52,224 nt of DNA from Candidatus Methylomirabilota bacterium (GCA_026387775.1 JAPLLC010000092.1:1-52224); one strand, 5' to 3'. Shown: positions 1 through 9,509, counted from the stretch's first letter. The notes: a model not told the origin generated them from the sequence alone. Numbers and translations are program-made.

Positions 1-25
1 CATCGCCCTCGCCCCTCTGCGGTTC

Positions 26-1486
26 TTAGCCCTTCGTCCCCCCGACGGTGAGGTCTTTCACCAGGATGGTCGGCAGGCCGACGCCGACGGGGACCGACTG
101 GCCGTCCTTGCCGCAGGTGCCGATCCCCTCGTCCAGCGCAAAATCGTTTCCCACCATGCCCACGCGCGTGAGGACGTCGGGACCGTTCCCGATCAGCGTC
201 GCCCCCTTGACCGGTCGGGTCACCTTGCCGTCCTCGATGAGATAGGCCTCACTGGTCGAGAAGACGAACTTGCCGCTGGTGATGTCCACCTGCCCGCCGC
301 CGAACGCGACCGCGTACAGCCCGCGCCGGACCGACCGGAGGATCTCCTCCGGGACGTGCGGTCCCGCCAGCATGAACGTGTTGGTCATGCGAGGGAGGGG
401 GTTGTGCGCGTAGCTCTCCCGCCGGCCGTTCCCGGTCGGGGCCATCTTCATCAAGCGGGCGTTCAGCCGGTCCTGGAGATACCCGACCAGCATCCCCTTC
501 TCGATCAGGACGTTCCGCTGCGTGGGCGTCCCCTCGTCGTCCACGTTGAGCGACCCGCGGCGTCCCGGGATCGTCCCGTCGTCCACCACCGTGCACAGCT
601 CCGACGCCACCCGCTGGCCGAGCCGCCCGCTGAAGGCGGAGGTCCCCTTCCGGTTGAAGTCGCCCTCCAGCCCGTGGCCTACCGCCTCGTGCAGCAGGAT
701 CCCGGGCCACCCCGGCCCCAGCACCACGTCCATCGTGCCGGCCGGGGCTTCGTCCGCCGAGAGGTTCACGATGGCCAGCCGCGCGGCCTCGCGCGCGAAG
801 CGGGCGAACCGGTCCCCGTCGAGGAGGGCGGTGAACTCCGCGCGCGCGCCCCCGCCGTAGCTGCCCACTTCCCGTCGCGGCGAGCGCCCGCTCAGATCCT
901 CGGCGATACAGGTCACATGCAGGCGGTGGAGCGGCCGGGCGTCCCCCACCAGGACGCCTTCGGACGTGGCCACCAGGACCAGACGCTGCTCGCTCGCCAC
1001 CGTGGCCATCACCTTCGTGATCCGGGGATCATAGGCCCGGGCGATCCGGTCGATCGCTCCGAGCAGGTCGATCTTGGCCTGGATCGGCACCTCGGTGGGC
1101 GGCGTCTCGACCGGATAGAGATTCCGGGAAACCTTTCCGGTTTCCCGGACCACCACACCCGCCGATCCGGCCGCATCCGCCGCGATGTACCGCGCCTGCT
1201 CCGCCGCCAAGTGCAGGCTGGAGACCGTGATCTCGTCCGAGTAGGCGAACCCGGTCTTCTCCTCTGCCGTGGCCCGGACCCCCACCCCCTGGCTGATGCC
1301 TCTCGCGGCCTGCTTGACGATCCCCTCTTCCAGACCGATCTCCTCGTTCACCCGGTACTCGAAATAGAGGTCGGCATAGTCGATCCGCTTCCCCAGCGCG
1401 GCCCCCAGCGTCTGCTCCAGCGTCCGCTCGGTGAGGCCGAACTTCTCCAGAAAAAACTTCTCCGGCCGCTGCACTTCCGTCGTCAT
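26..1486 (-). CDS. tldD: Metalloprotease TldD
   Basis: HEAVGHGLEGD (HExxxH) motif, GNGRRESY, PRMTNT and C-terminal GTCGKDGQSVPVGVG typical of TldD. Start placed at ATG 1486 (MTTEVQ) rather than the ORF-track start at 1525. Confidence 0.95.
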   Translation of the reverse strand: MTTEVQRPEKFFLEKFGLTERTLEQTLGAALGKRIDYADLYFEYRVNEEIGLEEGIVKQAARGISQGVGVRATAEEKTGFAYSDEITVSSLHLAAEQARYIAADAAGSAGVVVRETGKVSRNLYPVETPPTEVPIQAKIDLLGAIDRIARAYDPRITKVMATVASEQRLVLVATSEGVLVGDARPLHRLHVTCIAEDLSGRSPRREVGSYGGGARAEFTALLDGDRFARFAREAARLAIVNLSADEAPAGTMDVVLGPGWPGILLHEAVGHGLEGDFNRKGTSAFSGRLGQRVASELCTVVDDGTIPGRRGSLNVDDEGTPTQRNVLIEKGMLVGYLQDRLNARLMKMAPTGNGRRESYAHNPLPRMTNTFMLAGPHVPEEILRSVRRGLYAVAFGGGQVDITSGKFVFSTSEAYLIEDGKVTRPVKGATLIGNGPDVLTRVGMVGNDFALDEGIGTCGKDGQSVPVGVGLPTILVKDLTVGGTKG

Positions 1487-1589
1487 GGCCCACCCTGATC
1501 CGTGCTTCCCATTCCCTAGAGACACCGAAAGCCCTCGATCGTGTCAGAGGGCCTTCCGGTCCGCGCCGATGCTGCGTTCTTACGAATTC

Positions 1590-1618
1590 AGTCTAGGAGG
1601 CTTACCCTGCCTTGTCAA
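1590..1618 (-). promoter_or_regulatory. Sigma70 promoter for tldD
   Basis: Minus strand TTGACA-N17-TAGACT, near consensus, about 100 nt upstream of the tldD start. Confidence 0.7.
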
Positions 1619-1633
1619 AGTCATTCCGGGCGC

Positions 1634-2578
1634 TCAGTTCAGCCGGTTGGTGGCGTTTAGCCAGAGATCCCGAATCTCGGCTGGCGAAACGACCGGCTCC
1701 TGGTGCGCACCCTGCGAACCGAAACGATCGGGGCGGAGCAGGTAGAGGGCCGCGGAATCGTCCCACATCAGGGCGTCCTTCCAGGCGGCGCGATTCGTCA
1801 GCAGGAGTGCCCGGATGGTGCCGGGGAGTCCTTTCTGCACGAGCTGTTCGACCATCTCCGGCGTCGGGGCGTAGGGGGGCGTCACGTTCCTCGGGACATC
1901 AACCCACACGGCGAGGCCGGTCGGCCGCAGCGTCTCGTTGATCTGGCGGCAGGCGGCCAGGTCATACCGGCAGTTGAAGCCGGGCGATTTGTCCGCAGGG
2001 ACATCCGCCAGGGGGAGACCCTGAGTGACGACCTGACGGAGCTTCCCGGCCAGCCGCGGCTGGTAGCGGATGAACGAGGTCCAGGGCCCCAGCACGAGGA
2101 CCCGGACGTCGCGGCACGGACCGACGAGGCGCTCCACCTCGTCCGCGAGGACCTGCGGCCGTCCGGGGATGGGGACCGCCACGGCCAGGAACCCGTTCAG
2201 CCGCTCCGCATTGGCGCGGACCTCGGGCAGCCAGGACTCTTTCGATGGCTCTGGAGACGCGGCACCGACGAGGATGGGTATGGGCTGCTCCATATCGGCG
2301 GCGGCGAGCAGATGCGCCACGGCCATCGCGCCGCGTTCCGGAGTCGAGATGCCTTCCGTGGTCACGACCCCGACTACCCGGACCGTGCGGATCAGAGCCG
2401 CGATGGCCCGGAAATCGTCGAGGGCGACATCGGTGTCTACCAGGACGCAGGCGTCCGCGCCGCCGCCGGCTGGCGCGGATGTGCGCACGCCCTGATCCAT
2501 CGCACAGCCGATGAGTACGAACGCCAGGACACCCCCCCAGAGGAAGACCCCTCGGAGATTCGCATGACGGTTTCGCAT
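1634..2578 (-). CDS. Inosine/uridine-preferring nucleoside hydrolase family protein, predicted lipoprotein
   Basis: DTDVALDD (DxDxxxDD) motif, VLGPWT, FN and WDD motifs. Hydrophobic N-terminal signal ending in lipobox-like VLIGC. GGAGG RBS before ATG 2578. Confidence 0.8.
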   Translation of the reverse strand: MRNRHANLRGVFLWGGVLAFVLIGCAMDQGVRTSAPAGGGADACVLVDTDVALDDFRAIAALIRTVRVVGVVTTEGISTPERGAMAVAHLLAAADMEQPIPILVGAASPEPSKESWLPEVRANAERLNGFLAVAVPIPGRPQVLADEVERLVGPCRDVRVLVLGPWTSFIRYQPRLAGKLRQVVTQGLPLADVPADKSPGFNCRYDLAACRQINETLRPTGLAVWVDVPRNVTPPYAPTPEMVEQLVQKGLPGTIRALLLTNRAAWKDALMWDDSAALYLLRPDRFGSQGAHQEPVVSPAEIRDLWLNATNRLN

Positions 2579-2597
2579 TTTTGCATCCTCCCTTTTC

Positions 2598-3509
2598 CTA
2601 GCGTTCGTTCGGGCGCAGGGCGGCTGCGTCCAGCGCCCGCTGAAGGCGGAGCGTGTTCTCCCGCTCCCGGCGCTTGGCATCAAGATATTCCGCCTTCTCC
2701 ATGTCATGGAGTTGTGTAGGATAGCGTTCCATCAGATCGTACACCGCGTTGGTGGATGCCTCGAATCGCTGAGCGACTGGGACGGATTCGAAGTCCAGGA
2801 AGGCCTCGAAGGCGAGGTAGTAGCGCATGGCGCTGCGTTCGACCAACCCCCTGAACCCCTTCACGTATCGCGGTGATGTGGCCGGCCCGGTGTCTTCTCG
2901 GCTGAAGCCGACCCTGTTCCACCCCACCGTGGCAAGGTAGATGGCGGTCATCACTCTGGTCACGACGCTCGGCACATAGGATGAGCGGAGGGCAACCACC
3001 GTCCTGCCGTCCACACCGGCAGCCTCAAGCTCAAACCGGTGGGCCCTGGTCCCGAAGAGTCCCTTGGGAGCGCTGAGCGCGACGGACAAGAAGCCGGGCT
3101 CCGCCGCGTGCACGGCGAATTGGTACATCTGCGGCGATGCCTTTTCGGGGGTTTGGTAGTACTTCCGCCCGAGATAAAGCGTGAGGAGGGTCTCGTGGGG
3201 TTGCGTCTGGAAGGTGCACGCCTTCACATTCAAGTGCAGGGAGGCAAACTCACACCAGGAAGCGGGGCTGCTCAGAACTGCCTTGACCGCCTCGACGGGG
3301 TGTTCGATGATGCCGTACACCTCGGCGGACACCTGATCGTCCCGATCCTCCGACTGAACGCTGAGGGGGACACCAAAGGGGCCGCCCTGTGCAAGATCGC
3401 GGAGTTCCCGATACTGGTTCCGGAGCCGCGCGGCGTTGCCCTCGCCGCCCCAAGCCGTGAGAGGAAGCCCGGCCAGTAGGGTCACCAGGAGAATCGATAG
3501 CGACCCCAT
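2598..3509 (-). CDS. Secreted hypothetical protein (possible START/SRPBCC-like fold)
   Basis: Long ORF with protein-like composition and signal-peptide-like N-terminus MGSLSILLVTLLAGLPLTAWG. Start and fold uncertain. Confidence 0.65.
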   Translation of the reverse strand: MGSLSILLVTLLAGLPLTAWGGEGNAARLRNQYRELRDLAQGGPFGVPLSVQSEDRDDQVSAEVYGIIEHPVEAVKAVLSSPASWCEFASLHLNVKACTFQTQPHETLLTLYLGRKYYQTPEKASPQMYQFAVHAAEPGFLSVALSAPKGLFGTRAHRFELEAAGVDGRTVVALRSSYVPSVVTRVMTAIYLATVGWNRVGFSREDTGPATSPRYVKGFRGLVERSAMRYYLAFEAFLDFESVPVAQRFEASTNAVYDLMERYPTQLHDMEKAEYLDAKRRERENTLRLQRALDAAALRPNER

Positions 3510-3787
3510 AATGCGGAACTCCAGTCTCCGAAGGCCCCCTTCTTGTTTTCGAATACTTGTACCACAACCCTCCTGCCTCGGCAACGAACTCGCCTCGCTT
3601 TGCGCTGGATCACATGTGGGCACCAGGAAGATCGGGCGTCACGGAACCAAGGCTTCCCGGTGGCCGCCCAGCGCGCCGTCCGACGCTGCGCGCATGGCCT
3701 CGGACGCACTGCCGTAATGCCGGCCCAGGAGTCGGAACCGAGCTCATCAGGAACGGTGAGCCACTCGCCCGTGAATACTGCGGTCCG

Positions 3788-3901
3788 TTACGAGCTGCTT
3801 GGCTTTTGTTTGTCCCGTTTCTCCTTTGTTTTTTGGGTCCGCTTATCTGCCACCTGCTTCTGACTCTTGTTCTTGTCCTTCTTGCCGCCTTTGTCTCCCA
3901 T
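3788..3901 (-). CDS. Small lysine-rich protein, 37 aa (MGDKGGKKDKNKSQKQVADKRTQKTKEKRDKQKPSSS)
   Basis: ATG at 3901 preceded by AGGAGAGGAG RBS, TAA at 3790-3788. Absent from the ORF track because it is too short. Confidence 0.65.
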   Translation of the reverse strand: MGDKGGKKDKNKSQKQVADKRTQKTKEKRDKQKPSSS

Positions 3902-4049
3902 GGTGAGTCTCCTCTCCTGGTGTGGGACATCGTCTTGCCGTGACTCGATCAATCGGCGTCGCGAGTGCCACGCGACGATGCCCTCGTTAGGTGTTCGTTG
4001 ATCCCGGGCGCGCGTCCCGTGCGGCCCCCAACCGGAGCCCGAACTGAGG

Positions 4050-4451
4050 CTAGTTCCACCGCGGATTATCCGGCATGCGGTCGATGTGCGTCCGCAGGAG
4101 GGTCAGGAAGGGGACGCGGAGGGTCTGCAGGTACGCCACTGCGCGGGGATTATCCTGATACTCGACAAACGGGTGGGAGTGGTACTCGACGGTGCCGCCG
4201 GCGATCCGGGTGCCCACGAGGCCGATGGGGTGGCCGCCGGCGCCGATGAGGGCATTGAGCTTGCTGAGGGGGTCGTCGTCGATCGCAAAGACAAACTGGG
4301 TGACGTCGTGGTTGACCACCGCGATGGCGGCCAGGGCGAGGCCCCTAGCCCGCGCCTGTAACTCGACGATGAGTTCGGGGGTAGATCGCGGGGACCGCGC
4401 AGGCCACCGGGAAGCCGGCGCGACCTCCTCGGGGATGCCTCCATTTGTCAT
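4050..4451 (-). CDS. Hypothetical protein (133 aa)
   Basis: Protein-like composition with GC-rich third positions, collinear with neighbours. No recognised motif. Confidence 0.6.
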   Translation of the reverse strand: MTNGGIPEEVAPASRWPARSPRSTPELIVELQARARGLALAAIAVVNHDVTQFVFAIDDDPLSKLNALIGAGGHPIGLVGTRIAGGTVEYHSHPFVEYQDNPRAVAYLQTLRVPFLTLLRTHIDRMPDNPRWN

Positions 4452-4506
4452 GCGGAGAGAATAGCACGCTAAGGCGAGGAAACCTATGAGAGCATTTCAA
4501 AATAGT

Positions 4507-4932
4507 TCACCGGCGCTTTCTCTTGGCGGCTTTTTCCAGTGCATCGATCTCAGGCAAGGCGGCCGCGGCAATGTGAAAAGCATCGAGCGATGCGGGCGCG
4601 CCGCAATACAGGAATGAGTGCAGGCATAGCTCGCGAATTTCCGTTGTGGTCACGCCGTTGCGAATCGCACCGCGCAGGTGAATCCTGAGCTCGTTGGGAC
4701 GATTGAGCGCAATACACTGCGCCAGCGACACCAAGCTGCGGTCACGGAGCGAGAGTCCCGGCCGCGTCCACACGCTGCCCCAGGCAAACTCGGTGGCCAG
4801 TTCCTGAAACGGCATGCTGAAATCATCCGGGTTCTTGAATGATCTCTCCACGTAATCCTCGCCCAGCACCTTCTTGCGCATGGCCAGGCCCGCTTTGAAC
4901 GCTTTGCTTGGTGGGTTCTTCTTGGCGCGCAT
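4507..4932 (-). CDS. Carboxymuconolactone decarboxylase (CMD/PcaC-like) family protein
   Basis: GLAMRKKVLG, AWGSVWTRPGL..RDRSLV and ELRIHLRGAIRNG..EIRE motifs. GAGGAGG RBS before ATG 4932. Confidence 0.85.
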   Translation of the reverse strand: MRAKKNPPSKAFKAGLAMRKKVLGEDYVERSFKNPDDFSMPFQELATEFAWGSVWTRPGLSLRDRSLVSLAQCIALNRPNELRIHLRGAIRNGVTTTEIRELCLHSFLYCGAPASLDAFHIAAAALPEIDALEKAAKRKRR

Positions 4933-4994
4933 TGGCTTCCTCCTCTGATTTCGAGGTCCTCGGGGGTGATGCCCGCCATCCGAACGACGGCGCC

Positions 4995-5654
4995 TCATTT
5001 CCCGAACAGGGACTTGATGTGCAACAGACATGGCTCCGGGCTGGAGAGGACCGGTTTGCCCGTCCGCTCCCGGATCTTGTCCTCCACGCGTGCCATGGAT
5101 GCCTGCGCAAGGACGAAGACGTCGGAGCGGTGCGCAATCTTGGCGGCCGTCTCGATGATCATCTCGTCGTGTCGCTCGGGCTGCCCTTGCCTGAGGATCT
5201 GATAGGCGCCCTCCGCGAGACCGTCCACCACCTCCACCTCCTTCCCGATTCTCGCGGCCTGCTGCCGGATGAGCCTGACCGTCGGATCGAGCGTTGTCGG
5301 GAGTGTCGCAAGCACGCCCACCCTGCGTGCCGACCGCACGGCTTCGGCGGCCATGGGCTCGTCGATCCTGAGCAGGGGGACGGTATCGATGGTGAGTCTC
5401 CCGAGGTCAACGACTTCACCCGCGGAGGAACACGTCAAAAGGATCAGATCGGGACGCATCGATTCCGCAGCCGCGAAGTAGTGCAGCAAGCGCTTTGTCA
5501 CCCCGGGTGTCACCTTCCCGGCGGCGACGATGTCGGGGATGACGCTGTCATCAACGATATTGATGAGCCGAACGTCGGGAAGGACCTTCCTGAACTGCTT
5601 GTTGAGGTCCTCGACGTTGCCTCGACTGGTATAGACTGCTACAACAGCCCTCAT
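4995..5654 (-). CDS. Aspartate/glutamate/hydantoin racemase family protein
   Basis: LTCSS, RIDEPMA, GVLATLPTTL and LAQASM motifs. GAGGAGG RBS before ATG 5654. Confidence 0.8.
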   Translation of the reverse strand: MRAVVAVYTSRGNVEDLNKQFRKVLPDVRLINIVDDSVIPDIVAAGKVTPGVTKRLLHYFAAAESMRPDLILLTCSSAGEVVDLGRLTIDTVPLLRIDEPMAAEAVRSARRVGVLATLPTTLDPTVRLIRQQAARIGKEVEVVDGLAEGAYQILRQGQPERHDEMIIETAAKIAHRSDVFVLAQASMARVEDKIRERTGKPVLSSPEPCLLHIKSLFGK

Positions 5655-5690
5655 GGATTCTGCCTCCTCTCCTGCTTCGTGGCTCTCCGA

Positions 5691-5719
5691 TTGACGCAGA
5701 GGGAAGAGCAAAGTAAAGT
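5691..5719 (+). promoter_or_regulatory. Sigma70 promoter for the RraA-family gene
   Basis: TTGACG-N17-TAAAGT in the divergent intergenic region. Confidence 0.55.
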
Positions 5720-5829
5720 ACCGAGCTTCGACGACGCATCACTGTGGCCGACTCCTTTACACTTCATGACCCGGGTGTTGGGTCTCCCCTCGATGCCCGC
5801 AAGAACCAACTGCTAACAGGAGGTACGCG

Positions 5830-6573
5830 ATGCTGACCGCAGCACAGATCGAGGAACTGAAGCAATTCGACACCCCCACTATATCCAACGCCATCGAGTT
5901 CTTCGGGGTCCGGCCGCGGACCGAAGGGTGTATGAAGCCGGCGATCCGGAAGGTGTTCGACAACGGCCGGCGGGTCGTGGGGTACGCCGTCACCGCCAAG
6001 ATTTCGGCCACGGCGCCCCCGACGGAGCAGCAGAAGCCCCTGGCGAAGGCCTACTACGCCCGGGTCAAGGCCGCCCCCAAACCGACCGTGACGGTGCTCC
6101 AGGATCTGGATCCCGAACCGACGGGGTCGTTCTGGGGAGAAGTGCAGGTCTCCATCCACCGGTCCCTCGGCTGCGTCGGGGTCGTCACCAACGGCGGGGT
6201 CCGGGACCTTGACGAGGTGAAGAGCCTCGACTTCGAATACTTCTCGAGCTGCCTCCTCGTGTCCCACGCCTACATTCACCTCGACGCCGTCGACTGCCCG
6301 GTCGAAGTTGGGGGCCTCACGGTCCGGCCCGGCGACCTGCTGCACGCCGACATCCACGGGGTCGCCGTCATCCCGGCCGCCGTGGCGCCCTTCCTCGCCG
6401 AGGCATGCCGGGCCGCTCAGGACGCCGAAGTCCCGGTGATCGGCAACTGCCGGGATCACTTCACGGCGGGAGACGTCGACCTCGACCGCCTCTCGGAATG
6501 GCGGGCGGAGATGATCGCCCGGCGGGGGAAGGCTCTGGAGAAGTTCTCCGGCCTGCTCGCGAAGGGGCGCTGA
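5830..6573 (+). CDS. RraA family / HMG-CHA aldolase-like protein
   Basis: DTPTISNA, FWGEV, NGGVRD and PGDLLHADIHGV motifs. AGGAGG RBS. Confidence 0.88.
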   Translation: MLTAAQIEELKQFDTPTISNAIEFFGVRPRTEGCMKPAIRKVFDNGRRVVGYAVTAKISATAPPTEQQKPLAKAYYARVKAAPKPTVTVLQDLDPEPTGSFWGEVQVSIHRSLGCVGVVTNGGVRDLDEVKSLDFEYFSSCLLVSHAYIHLDAVDCPVEVGGLTVRPGDLLHADIHGVAVIPAAVAPFLAEACRAAQDAEVPVIGNCRDHFTAGDVDLDRLSEWRAEMIARRGKALEKFSGLLAKGR

Positions 6574-6590
6574 GGATCCGTCGACCGACA

Positions 6591-6626
6591 GCGGGATCTT
6601 CCCGGTGCGACGAGGGAGGATCCCGC
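6591..6626. terminator. Hairpin between the convergent RraA and SDR genes
   Basis: GCGGGATCTTCCC...GGGAGGATCCCGC, 13-bp stem with one G-U pair. No strong U tract. Confidence 0.45.
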
Positions 6627-6639
6627 GCCATTTAGCAGA

Positions 6640-7536
6640 CTATTCGAGTGTGACGCCCCTGTCGTCGTGGGGAATGCCGAGGATCTCCAGATCGTGCACC
6701 AGCGACCGAACCTCATCCTCGGGGCTGACCAGTGGCGGCATCTCTCGTGTCAGCGGTCGGAGCCAGACATTCAAGGTGTGCCCGCCGTCCACCACGATGT
6801 CGCGGCCGGTGACGTAATTGGAGGCGTCCGAGGCCAGATAGACGAGCGTCCCGCAGAGATCCTCGGGCCGCTCGTGCCAGCCCATCGGATGGAGCGAGCG
6901 GATCAGCTCTCGGTTCTCCTCGGAGTCCGTCCGCCTGGCCGGCGAGAGCGTGTAGGAGGGGCTGATGCAGTTGACGTTGATGTTGTACTTGCCCCACTCC
7001 GCCGCGAGCCGCTTGGTGAGCATCACGACGCCGGCTTTGGCCGAGCAGTAGGCGACCGCGGCATTGGCGATGCTCGCCGACATCGACGCCATGTTGACGA
7101 TCTTGCCGCGGCCCCTCTGCCTCATGGCACGGGCCTCGGCCTTGCAGCTCACAAAGATCGCCCGGAGCGCCAGATTCATGATGAAGTCCCACTCTTCGAG
7201 CGGGAACTCCTCGGCCGGCGGGGGCGTCACATAGCGGCCACCGGCCCAGGCGTTGTTGACCGCGACGTCGAGGCCGCCCAATTCGGCCACCGTGGCGGTC
7301 ACGAGCGCTTCGACCTCTTCCGGCCGCGTGACGTCGGTTTTCACGAAGACGGATCGTCTCCCGAGGGCAACGATCTCGTCGGCAACGTGCCGGCCCGTTC
7401 GCTCGTTGATGTCCGCCACGGCGACGTCGGCGCCGGCTTCGGCCAGGGCAAGAGCGTAGGCCCGACCGATGCCCTGTCCGGCGCCGGTCACGAGCGCAAC
7501 CTTCCCGTCCAGCTTGAAGAGATCCAGGACACTCAC
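6640..7536 (-). CDS. Short-chain dehydrogenase/reductase (sugar or polyol dehydrogenase-like)
   Basis: TGAGQGIG, NNA, YCSAK (YxxxK) and VDGG motifs. GTG start with GGAGG RBS. About 40 aa C-terminal extension. Confidence 0.92.
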   Translation of the reverse strand: MSVLDLFKLDGKVALVTGAGQGIGRAYALALAEAGADVAVADINERTGRHVADEIVALGRRSVFVKTDVTRPEEVEALVTATVAELGGLDVAVNNAWAGGRYVTPPPAEEFPLEEWDFIMNLALRAIFVSCKAEARAMRQRGRGKIVNMASMSASIANAAVAYCSAKAGVVMLTKRLAAEWGKYNINVNCISPSYTLSPARRTDSEENRELIRSLHPMGWHERPEDLCGTLVYLASDASNYVTGRDIVVDGGHTLNVWLRPLTREMPPLVSPEDEVRSLVHDLEILGIPHDDRGVTLE

Positions 7537-7582
7537 GGTCTACCTCCGGTACTCCGTCGGCACACTCCCGCGACAGGAAGGG

Positions 7583-8563
7583 CTATCCCTTGGCTTTGAG
7601 CGCTACCCTAGCCGCCTCGCATACCGCCTCTGCCGTGAGGCCGTACTGCGGGAAGATCTCCTCCAGGGGCCCCGAAGTCCCGAACTCGTCGCGGATGCCG
7701 ACCCTGCGCAGAGGAACAGGACACGCCTCGCCCAGGACCTCCGCCACCGCACCGCCTAGCCCTCCCAGGACCGTGTGATTCTCCGCGGTCACGACAGCCC
7801 CGGTGCGCCCGGCGCGAGCGGTGATCATCCCGGCGTCGAGCGGTTTGATCGTGGACACATTGACCACGTCGGCCGCGATGCCCTCATTCGCCAGGGTCTC
7901 CGCCGCCTGAAGACAGCGCGAGACCATCAAGCCGGAGCCGATCAGGGTGACGTCGCGCCCCTCGCGGAGCAGCGCCGCCTTGCCGAGCCGGAACGTGTAA
8001 CCGTCCGGGGAGACTCGGGGGCACGGTCCCCCGATGTCGCCCCGGACCATCCGGAAATAGACCGGGCCCCGGTGGGCCACGACGGCGGCTAGCGCCTGCT
8101 GCATCTCCAGCGCGTCCGCCGGCTCCACCACCGTCAGATTGGGGATCGACCGCATCACGGCCAGGTCCGAAATCATCTGATGGGTGGCGCCCGTGTTCGG
8201 GCTGGTGAGACCGGCGTACAGACCGCAGACCTTCACGTTCATATCGGCATAGGCCACCTGGATGGTCACCTGGTCGAGCGCCCGGCGCGCCGAGAAGCAG
8301 GCAAAGAGCGGGACAATCGGCACAAACCCCATCCTCGCGAGACCCGCCGCGAAGCTCACGGCGTTCTGCTCGGCGATCCCGAGATCGATGAACCGCTCCG
8401 GAAATGCCCGGGCGAAGCTCACGGCGGCCGTGGGCATGGCTGTCTGGCAATCCAGGACAACCACATCCGGGTTGGCCTGCCCGACCGCGACCAGCGCCTC
8501 ACCGAAGAGCTGCCGGATATCGCCCTGGGCGACCCCATACATGGCGAGATTGACCGCGCTCAT
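7583..8563 (-). CDS. Split transketolase, C-terminal (pyrimidine-binding plus C-terminal) subunit
   Basis: GIAEQN, GATHQ, GPVYFR, TIKPLD and AENH motifs. ATG 8563 overlaps the upstream TGA. Confidence 0.92.
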   Translation of the reverse strand: MSAVNLAMYGVAQGDIRQLFGEALVAVGQANPDVVVLDCQTAMPTAAVSFARAFPERFIDLGIAEQNAVSFAAGLARMGFVPIVPLFACFSARRALDQVTIQVAYADMNVKVCGLYAGLTSPNTGATHQMISDLAVMRSIPNLTVVEPADALEMQQALAAVVAHRGPVYFRMVRGDIGGPCPRVSPDGYTFRLGKAALLREGRDVTLIGSGLMVSRCLQAAETLANEGIAADVVNVSTIKPLDAGMITARAGRTGAVVTAENHTVLGGLGGAVAEVLGEACPVPLRRVGIRDEFGTSGPLEEIFPQYGLTAEAVCEAARVALKAKG

Positions 8564-9462
8564 CGCGTCACCTCCGCCAGCGCCGCCTGGTACTGGTCGG
8601 CCGTCAGGTGTCCGGCGTGCCAGCCGTCGCTGGCCTCCATGAAAGATACCCCCTTCCCCTTTACCGTGTGAGCGAGGATCAGGCGGGGCTTGCCCGGGGC
8701 GGTCTCCGGTCGCCGAGCGGTCTCCAGCGCGTTGATCACGGCAGGCAGGTCGTGGCCGTCCACCTCCACGACGTGCCAGCCGAAGGCCGCCCACTTGGCC
8801 CCGAAGGGGTCGAGGGTCATCACGCAGTTCCGCGGGCCGGTCACAAAGCGATTGTTGTCGTCCACGATGGCCACCAAGTTGTCGAGGCCGAAGTGGGCGG
8901 CGGCCATGGCGGCCTCCCAGGTCTGTCCGGCGGTGCACTCGCCGTCGGAAAGCACCGCGAACACCCCCACGGGCGGCCCCCCTTCGCGCTGCGCCCGATA
9001 GCGGCCCCCCCATGCCATCCCCGCTCCCGCCGACAGGCCCATCCCCAAGGAGCCCGTGGGAATCTCGGCCCCGGGGGTGTCCATGTTGACATGCTCCTGC
9101 AGTATGCTGTGCGGGCGGTTGAACGAGTCGAAGAGCCGCTCGCGGGGGAAGAAGCCTCGCCAGGCCATGGCCACGTACATGGCAGCGGACGCATGTCCTT
9201 TGGACAAGAGGAACCGATCGCGGGCCGACCACCCGGGATTCGACGGGTCGAGTCGCAAGATGCGAAAGAAGAGGACGGCCAGGAGCTCGACCAGTGAAAG
9301 CTCGCCGCCGAGATGGCTCGACTGGGTGCCGGAGTGCCGGGTGAGGTCAAGGAGATCCTTGCGGAATTCGCGACAGAGCCATTGGAGCGCCCCAAGCTCC
9401 GCCGGTACAGGAACTGAACCGGGTGCATACTGGCCGTCCGGGAGGCGCTGGCAGCTTGCCAT
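8560..9462 (-). CDS. Split transketolase, N-terminal ThDP-binding subunit
   Basis: HLGGELS, DRFLLSKGH, TGSLGMGLS, SDGE...DDNN, DGHD, TVKGKG and WH motifs. AAGGAG RBS before ATG 9462. Confidence 0.92.
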   Translation of the reverse strand: MASCQRLPDGQYAPGSVPVPAELGALQWLCREFRKDLLDLTRHSGTQSSHLGGELSLVELLAVLFFRILRLDPSNPGWSARDRFLLSKGHASAAMYVAMAWRGFFPRERLFDSFNRPHSILQEHVNMDTPGAEIPTGSLGMGLSAGAGMAWGGRYRAQREGGPPVGVFAVLSDGECTAGQTWEAAMAAAHFGLDNLVAIVDDNNRFVTGPRNCVMTLDPFGAKWAAFGWHVVEVDGHDLPAVINALETARRPETAPGKPRLILAHTVKGKGVSFMEASDGWHAGHLTADQYQAALAEVTR

Positions 9463-9509
9463 GGGACTCCTTAGGCGATCCCCGCCCGGGCCGTGCAACC
9501 GCGACGCTG

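Noticed and set aside
1-25. Possible start codon (CAT at 1-3) of a downstream gene such as pmbA/tldE
   Set aside because: Only the ATG and a weak RBS are in the window, so the product cannot be supported.
3557-3943. 128-aa + strand ORF with a hydrophobic, TM-like C-terminus
   Set aside because: It is the antisense shadow of the A-rich lysine microprotein, which has the RBS.
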